Assembly: GCA_963523995.1 (NCBI GenBank) | Contig: CAURDR010000001.1 | Span: 238,021-302,020 of the forward strand | Direction: 5' to 3' | Source of the DNA: an uncultured Candidatus Saccharibacteria bacterium | Lineage (GTDB): Bacteria > Patescibacteriota > Saccharimonadia > Saccharimonadales > Saccharimonadaceae | Length of the DNA stretch: 64,000 nucleotides | Shown here: piece by piece, positions 58,668 through 64,000 of the stretch | Layout: the number at the start of each line of letters is the position of its first letter | Numbering within the stretch: the first letter of the stretch is position 1 | The notes under the pieces: model-generated | Databases searched by the model: none | Told to the model about the DNA's origin: nothing | Seen by the model: the letters and a program-made list of their open reading frames with translations, nothing else | Translations under genes and position numbers: made by a program

Positions 58668-59957
58668 ATGAAGACTACTGTAAAAAAACTATCAGATACT
58701 AAAGTTCAATTGACGATTTCTTTGGGCGCTAGCGAATTGGCTGACGCGGAGCAGGTTTCCTTGATGAAGTTGGCGCGTGACATCAAAGTTCCAGGTTTCC
58801 GCAAAGGAAAAGTTCCCGCAAGCATAGCCGCTAAGCACGTTGATCCGAATGCGCTTCAGGAGCAGATTTTGGAGAATGCTTTGTCAAAGGCGGTAGCTGA
58901 GGTGTTTTTGCAGGAAAAATTGCAGGCTTTGGATCGACCAAGCGTTGAGGTGAAGAAGTTTGTTCCTGGTTCTGAGTTGGAATTTACGGCTGAAGTTGAA
59001 GTTATTCCGCCAGTAAAATTGGGCGATTATAAAAAATTGACAGCGAAAAAAGAAGTAACCAAAGTCGAAGATAAAGATGTCGACGAGGTTATTGAACGAA
59101 TCCGTAAAAACTATTCTGAAAAATCAGAGGTCAAGCGTGCCGCTAAGCTCGGCGACGAGGCTGTGATTGACTTTACGGGAAAGAAAGACGGCGTGGCGTT
59201 TGACGGCGGTTCAGCTAAGGAATATGGCTTGAAGCTTGGCGAAGGTCAATTCATTCCTGGATTTGAAGAAGGTGTGATTGGTCATAAGGCCGGTGAAGAG
59301 TTCGATTTGAAGTTGAAGTTCCCAGAGGATTATCACGCTGATAATTTGGCAGGTCAAGACGTTGTATTTACTGTGAAGCTTCACAAGGTTAACGAATTGA
59401 AATTGCCAGAACTAAACGATGAATTTGCTGCAAAATGTGGTCCGTTTACAGAGATGAAAGAAGTAAAAGAAGACATCAAGCGTGAACTTACCGCACAAAA
59501 AGAGCGTGAAGCTGACGAGAAATTTAAGGACGCGTTGGTCGGTGAGCTGACGGAAAAAAGTAAGGCGGCACTGCCAGAACTTTTGGTTGAAGATCAATTG
59601 CGATCAATCGAGCGTGACTTGACTCAGAATTTGATGTATAGTGGACTGAGTTTGGACAGCTATTTGAAGACTCAGGGCTTCAAAGATAAAGAAGAATGGA
59701 CGAAGAAAGAGGCTCGTCCAGCGGCTGAAAAGCGCGTTAAGGCTGGCTTGGTATTGGCGGAATTGTCGAAGGAATTGAAGATTGATGTTTCTCGTGACGA
59801 GATTCAAGAGCAGATTAATTTCTTTAAGCAGCAATACGGCAAAGATAAGAAAATATTAGAGCAATTTGACAATCCAAACGTTCACCGCGACATTGCCAAC
59901 CGAATGATTACAGATAAAACTGTCGCTAAATTGGTTGAATTAAACACGAAGAAATAA
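58668..59957 (+). CDS. tig: Trigger factor
   Basis: [14 protein letters not shown] domain FIPGFEE, FPEDYHA. Confidence 0.96.
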   Translation: MKTTVKKLSDTKVQLTISLGASELADAEQVSLMKLARDIKVPGFRKGKVPASIAAKHVDPNALQEQILENALSKAVAEVFLQEKLQALDRPSVEVKKFVPGSELEFTAEVEVIPPVKLGDYKKLTAKKEVTKVEDKDVDEVIERIRKNYSEKSEVKRAAKLGDEAVIDFTGKKDGVAFDGGSAKEYGLKLGEGQFIPGFEEGVIGHKAGEEFDLKLKFPEDYHADNLAGQDVVFTVKLHKVNELKLPELNDEFAAKCGPFTEMKEVKEDIKRELTAQKEREADEKFKDALVGELTEKSKAALPELLVEDQLRSIERDLTQNLMYSGLSLDSYLKTQGFKDKEEWTKKEARPAAEKRVKAGLVLAELSKELKIDVSRDEIQEQINFFKQQYGKDKKILEQFDNPNVHRDIANRMITDKTVAKLVELNTKK

Positions 59958-59964
59958 GGTAAAT

Positions 59965-60558
59965 ATGCCAAAATCATATCTCATTCCAACTGTCGTTGAA
60001 AAGTCGGCCGACGGCGAGCGTGCTTTTGATATCTATTCGAGATTGTTGAATGAGAGAATTATTTTCCTTGGCGAAGACGTTAACGAGCATACCGCTAACA
60101 GTGTAGTGGCGCAATTACTGCATTTGGCATACGTTGACCCGCAAGCTGATATATCGCTATATATCAATAGTCCAGGCGGCAGCGTTTATGATGGAATGGC
60201 AATTTATGACACGATGAATTTTATTAAGCCTGATGTGGCGACGTATGGAATTGGTTTGCAGGCAAGCATGGGGGCGTTTTTGCTCAGCTCTGGCGCTAAG
60301 GGCAAGAGGTTTTGCTTGCCGCACGCTAAGGTGATGATTCATCAGCCATCTTCTGGAACGCACGGAAAAGTGACCGACATGGAAATTGACATGAAGGAAA
60401 CTTTGGAAGTTAAGGAGATGCTAGCGAAGATTATGGCGAAAAACACCGGTCAGAAGTTGGCTAAGGTTAAGTCTGACATGGAGCGTGATTATTGGATGAC
60501 GCCAGATGAAGCTGTAAAGTACGGTCTAATCGACAAAGTCTTGACTAAATTGTCATAA
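59965..60558 (+). CDS. clpP: ATP-dependent Clp protease proteolytic subunit
   Basis: [23 protein letters not shown]. Confidence 0.97.
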   Translation: MPKSYLIPTVVEKSADGERAFDIYSRLLNERIIFLGEDVNEHTANSVVAQLLHLAYVDPQADISLYINSPGGSVYDGMAIYDTMNFIKPDVATYGIGLQASMGAFLLSSGAKGKRFCLPHAKVMIHQPSSGTHGKVTDMEIDMKETLEVKEMLAKIMAKNTGQKLAKVKSDMERDYWMTPDEAVKYGLIDKVLTKLS

Positions 60559-60649
60559 AAAATTGCGTGTTTGTTGTTAAAACTACTAGTGATTCTGCTT
60601 GTGGTTTTTGGAGGATATTGTCATAATTTGAGTTAGGCAAGGAGGGCTT

Positions 60650-61588
60650 ATGAGGCAATATTTAGACACATTGAAATACATTCGTGATAACGGTGTGCAA
60701 AAAGGCGACCGTACGGGAACGGGGACGACAGAAGTTTTTGGTATTCAGACGCGATATAATTTGGCGGACGGATTTCCGGCTATGACCACTAAGAAATTAT
60801 ATTTCAACAGTGTGGCGCACGAGCTGCTATGGTTTCTCAAAGGCACCGGTAATATTGAATATCTGGCTCAAAACGGCGTGCACATCTGGGATGAGTGGCC
60901 GTACAAGAATTATCTAGAGAAAACCGGTCAAAGCATTCCAGAAATCAATGGCGAGGAGTGGCGCGCTGGCATGAAGGAATTTATTGATAAGATTGCGAAC
61001 GATCACGCGTTTGCTGAAGAATGGGGAAATTTGGGACCTGTTTACGGTGTTCAATGGCGAAAATGGCCGGACGGGAAGGGCGGAACTATTGACCAGATTC
61101 AGAACGCCATTGACATGATAAAGGCAAATCCAGAGTCGCGCCGGAATATCGTGAGTGCATGGAATGTGGCGGAAATTGATGATATCGTTCAAGCTGGCGG
61201 GCTGCCTCCGTGTCATACGATGTTTCAATTTAACGTAAGACCTGGTAAAAACGGCGAGAAGGACAAGCTGGATTTGGCGCTGACTCAGAGATCGGCGGAT
61301 ATGTTCCTTGGGGTGCCGTTTAATATTGCCAGCTATGCACTGCTTTTGTCTATGGTCGCTCGAGTTACCGACAAGCAACCTGGCGAGTTTGTCCACACCT
61401 TAAATAGCGCACATATTTACAATAATCACCGCGCGCAAGTTGACGAGCAATTAGCGCGCCGTCCGCTGCCGCTACCAAAGCTGTGGTTGAATCCAGACAT
61501 CAAGAGTATCGACGATTTCACGATTGATGATATCCGTCTGGAGAATTATGAGTGCCATCCGCCGATTAAGGCACCGATTGCGGTATAA
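60650..61588 (+). CDS. thyA: Thymidylate synthase
   Basis: [25 protein letters not shown]. Confidence 0.97.
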   Translation: MRQYLDTLKYIRDNGVQKGDRTGTGTTEVFGIQTRYNLADGFPAMTTKKLYFNSVAHELLWFLKGTGNIEYLAQNGVHIWDEWPYKNYLEKTGQSIPEINGEEWRAGMKEFIDKIANDHAFAEEWGNLGPVYGVQWRKWPDGKGGTIDQIQNAIDMIKANPESRRNIVSAWNVAEIDDIVQAGGLPPCHTMFQFNVRPGKNGEKDKLDLALTQRSADMFLGVPFNIASYALLLSMVARVTDKQPGEFVHTLNSAHIYNNHRAQVDEQLARRPLPLPKLWLNPDIKSIDDFTIDDIRLENYECHPPIKAPIAV

Positions 61589-61622
61589 GTTGATTGTGTC
61601 TGCCGACTGAAATGGTTATAAC

Positions 61623-61880
61623 TTACTTTTTGTAGGAATTTTTCTTTGACGGAAGTATATACTTTTCAACTTCCGGGTCGTACAATAAGGTAGCAATCTT
61701 TCCTGCTATATACTTCACTCGTCCATCATCGCCGGGCGCTTTATTGAACAGCATGACATCCTCTTTGAGTAGTCCGGTAGTTTTGTCAGGGTATTGTGCG
61801 CCTCTGAGTATTGCGTCCGTAGTGTATTCTGAGTTGTCTTCAGGGTTTAACATTTGTATACGCGCTTCGTTATTCATGCG
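61623..61880 (-). CDS. Small hypothetical protein
   Basis: MNNEARIQ... start follows TGgTATGAT. Confidence 0.55.
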   Translation of the reverse strand, partial: RMNNEARIQMLNPEDNSEYTTDAILRGAQYPDKTTGLLKEDVMLFNKAPGDDGRVKYIAGKIATLLYDPEVEKYILPSKKNSYKK

Positions 61881-61914
61881 CTTTATCATACCACAAACAT
61901 CAAATACTGTCAAT

Positions 61915-62418
61915 TTAAGAGCGCTTTTTTCTCTTATATATCACAAAATCAAAATCGTAATTATTTTCATTATCTGCCGAATGATGTACGCGACTTATTT
62001 CCTCCCATACGTCCATATCTATCTCTGGGAAAAAAGTGTCAGCATCGGGAAACTCGGCATTAATCTCCGTGGCGTAAATAGTATCAATCTCTGGAATATC
62101 TAGAGCGTCTTTATAAACTTGCGAGCCACCAATAATAAAAGTCGGATATCGCGATAAAGCCAGAGCGCTTCGTAAATTCATAGCCGTCAGGACTTTTTTA
62201 ACGCCAGTTGGCTTGGATGAAATGACAATATTTTCTCTGTCTGGAAGTGGTCGCGAGCCAATCGACTCAAACGTTTTTCTGCCCATGATGACATTGCTAT
62301 TTCTTGTCAAACGCTTAAAATTCACCAAGTCGGCCGGCAAACTTCGCCCCCACGGCATATCGCCATTTTGTCCGATGGCGCGGTTTTTATCGTAAGCTAC
62401 AATAATGGCTTTTTCCAT
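61915..62418 (-). CDS. folA: Dihydrofolate reductase
   Basis: AIG...MPW, IMGRKTFES, PLPDREN, IIGG, DTFFP. Confidence 0.95.
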   Translation of the reverse strand: MEKAIIVAYDKNRAIGQNGDMPWGRSLPADLVNFKRLTRNSNVIMGRKTFESIGSRPLPDRENIVISSKPTGVKKVLTAMNLRSALALSRYPTFIIGGSQVYKDALDIPEIDTIYATEINAEFPDADTFFPEIDMDVWEEISRVHHSADNENNYDFDFVIYKRKKRS

Positions 62419-62522
62419 AATTTCAGTTTAACATGCTGTAAAATTTACCGAAAGCTTGATAGGAATGCATAAACTTGCCATAATAAGATTTGGTAGAAAA
62501 ATCACGCAATGGGAGGTGTTTA

Positions 62523-63242
62523 GTGAGCGTGTACTCAAATAAAGATATATTAGCGGCGATTGAAGACGGGACAATTGTCTGTACGCCGTTCAACCCAAAA
62601 AACGTATCGGAAGCCAGCTTAGATTTTACGCTAGGCTTTAATTTTTATAAGCAGGAATATGACGATATTTCGCGAGTTTATAATCCGTTTGACGAGTCTG
62701 ATGTCAATCGATACTTCAAGGGTCCACTTAAGGCAATTCCGCACGCCGAATGGTGCGAGCGGCACGGTTTTCGGGAATTTAAGAATATTCCGCCAGATCA
62801 TCCGATTATCGTTTTGAAGCCTGGTGAGCGAATTTTGGCGCATACGCACGAATTTGTTGGAATTCGGACGCATGGCGGCGCGGCTGAGGTGAAAAGTCGT
62901 AGCTCTTGGGGGCGAAATGGCGTGGCGGTGTGTTTTGATGCTGGCTGGGTTGATCCGGGATATATCAATCGGATTACGCTTGAGATTTACAATTTGAATA
63001 AGCATGAAAGTGTGGTTTTGCCTGTCGGTGAGAGAATTGGGCAATTGATTTTTCATCACACCGGTCAGGTTGACGGCGGATATGCTAGTGGACGCGGCGG
63101 AATGAGCGGCAAATATCAGCACACTGACGATTTGGATGAATTGATAAAAACTTGGCGTCCAGAAATGATGTTGCCGCGGGCGTTTAAGGATCGTCGGCAT
63201 AAACCGATGGAAATTGCGGGACTTGGCGAGGGGATTTTGTAA
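62523..63242 (+). CDS. dcd: dCTP deaminase
   Basis: ASLDFTLG, SRSSWGR, AGWVDPGY, ITLEIYN; GTG start after GGAGG. Confidence 0.9.
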   Translation: MSVYSNKDILAAIEDGTIVCTPFNPKNVSEASLDFTLGFNFYKQEYDDISRVYNPFDESDVNRYFKGPLKAIPHAEWCERHGFREFKNIPPDHPIIVLKPGERILAHTHEFVGIRTHGGAAEVKSRSSWGRNGVAVCFDAGWVDPGYINRITLEIYNLNKHESVVLPVGERIGQLIFHHTGQVDGGYASGRGGMSGKYQHTDDLDELIKTWRPEMMLPRAFKDRRHKPMEIAGLGEGIL

Positions 63243-63685
63243 TGATGGCAGGTTCAATGTTTCGCTCGCGGACGAAAGAAAAAGAATATATCGATCACAG
63301 GGAAAAGCATAAATCTGACGGCTGCGATTTTTGTCAATTGGTAAAGCATCATACAGATCAGGTCGTTGGTGAAACTGCGCATTGCCTGATTATTAAGAAT
63401 AGGTTTGGCTATAATTTTTGGGATGGCTGCGGCGTGGATGATCATTTGATGGTGATACCGAAACGACACGTGGACTCGCTGGCAAATTTGAGAGACGAGG
63501 AAAAAATTGACTATATGAATCAGATTGCAAAGTTTGAGAGTGACGGATATTCGATTTACGCCCGAGCTCAAGGAAGTAAAACCAGGTCAATGGCACACCA
63601 ACATACGCATTTTATAAAAGTTGACGGCAAGGCGAAAAGGATGATGATTTATCTGAATAGGCCACACACTGTGATTATGAGGTAG
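63242..63685 (+). CDS. HIT family protein
   Basis: CDFC, HLMVIPKRH, HQHTH. Confidence 0.85.
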   Translation: MMAGSMFRSRTKEKEYIDHREKHKSDGCDFCQLVKHHTDQVVGETAHCLIIKNRFGYNFWDGCGVDDHLMVIPKRHVDSLANLRDEEKIDYMNQIAKFESDGYSIYARAQGSKTRSMAHQHTHFIKVDGKAKRMMIYLNRPHTVIMR

Positions 63686-63687
63686 TG

Positions 63688-64000
63688 ATGGGCGACGCGG
63701 GAAAATATATAGTTATCGAAGGTAATGACGGGACAGGAAAGTCGACGCAGGTCGCGAAATTGGCGGAATACTTTCAGTCAATTGGGCGAACGGTTTGTGT
63801 GATTGAAGAGCCGGGAAGTGACGATCCGGAAAAATCAACTCCGATAGCAAATGAGCTTCGAAAAGTGATTAAAAATGGCGATTTGGCGCGCTCTGCGGCG
63901 GTGAATGTGGCGCTATTTTCTGCAGCTCGGCGTGAATTATGGCGGGAAAAAATTCAGCCTGCGTTGGAACGTGGGGAAATTGTTTTGAGCGCGAGGAATT
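63688..64000 (+). CDS. tmk: Thymidylate kinase, 5' part; runs off the window end
   Basis: Manual translation MGDAGKYIVIEGNDGTGKSTQV...EEPG...LFSAARR; located in the thyA/folA/dcd cluster. Confidence 0.9.
   Translation, partial: MGDAGKYIVIEGNDGTGKSTQVAKLAEYFQSIGRTVCVIEEPGSDDPEKSTPIANELRKVIKNGDLARSAAVNVALFSAARRELWREKIQPALERGEIVLSARN

Noticed and set aside
1..64000. CRISPR array, rRNA, prophage structural genes
   Set aside because: No regularly spaced repeats, rRNA-like segments or phage hallmark proteins seen

Overview
Bacterial chromosomal window with a small-genome, CPR-like gene set; the best guess is Candidatus Saccharibacteria/TM7 (inferred from gene content and style, not verified). It is mostly housekeeping: uvrB, gatCAB, galU, dnaE, pilB-like ATPase, malic enzyme, rplS, rnhB-yraN fusion, pepN, nusA, clpC-radA-PIN/TRAM, class A PBP, tyrS, recG, rsmD, rarA, typA, hisS, tig, clpP, thyA, folA, dcd, tmk, plus six tRNAs. 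The main find is a family of three self-contained expression cassettes (20230-21000 minus, 53067-53882 plus, 55838-56593 minus). Each has a sigma70 promoter, a conserved ~190-nt structured 5' leader, a highly diverged 140-160-aa ORF and a 3' hairpin trailer. The trailer can base-pair back to the leader across the whole ORF, with compensatory changes between copies. Two of the cassettes abut tRNA-Leu 3' ends in inverted orientation. Other notable items: a 4.4-kb direct-repeat-bounded island at tRNA-Gly (Panacea-type TA pair, HNH gene with a structured leader, HinfI/HpyAIV-type R-M with a terminator/antiterminator leader), a His-rich leader-peptide attenuator before hisS, widespread apparently leaderless genes, and a tRNA-Gly with a U19-A56 swap. 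All functional calls come from motif recognition by eye; no searches were run.
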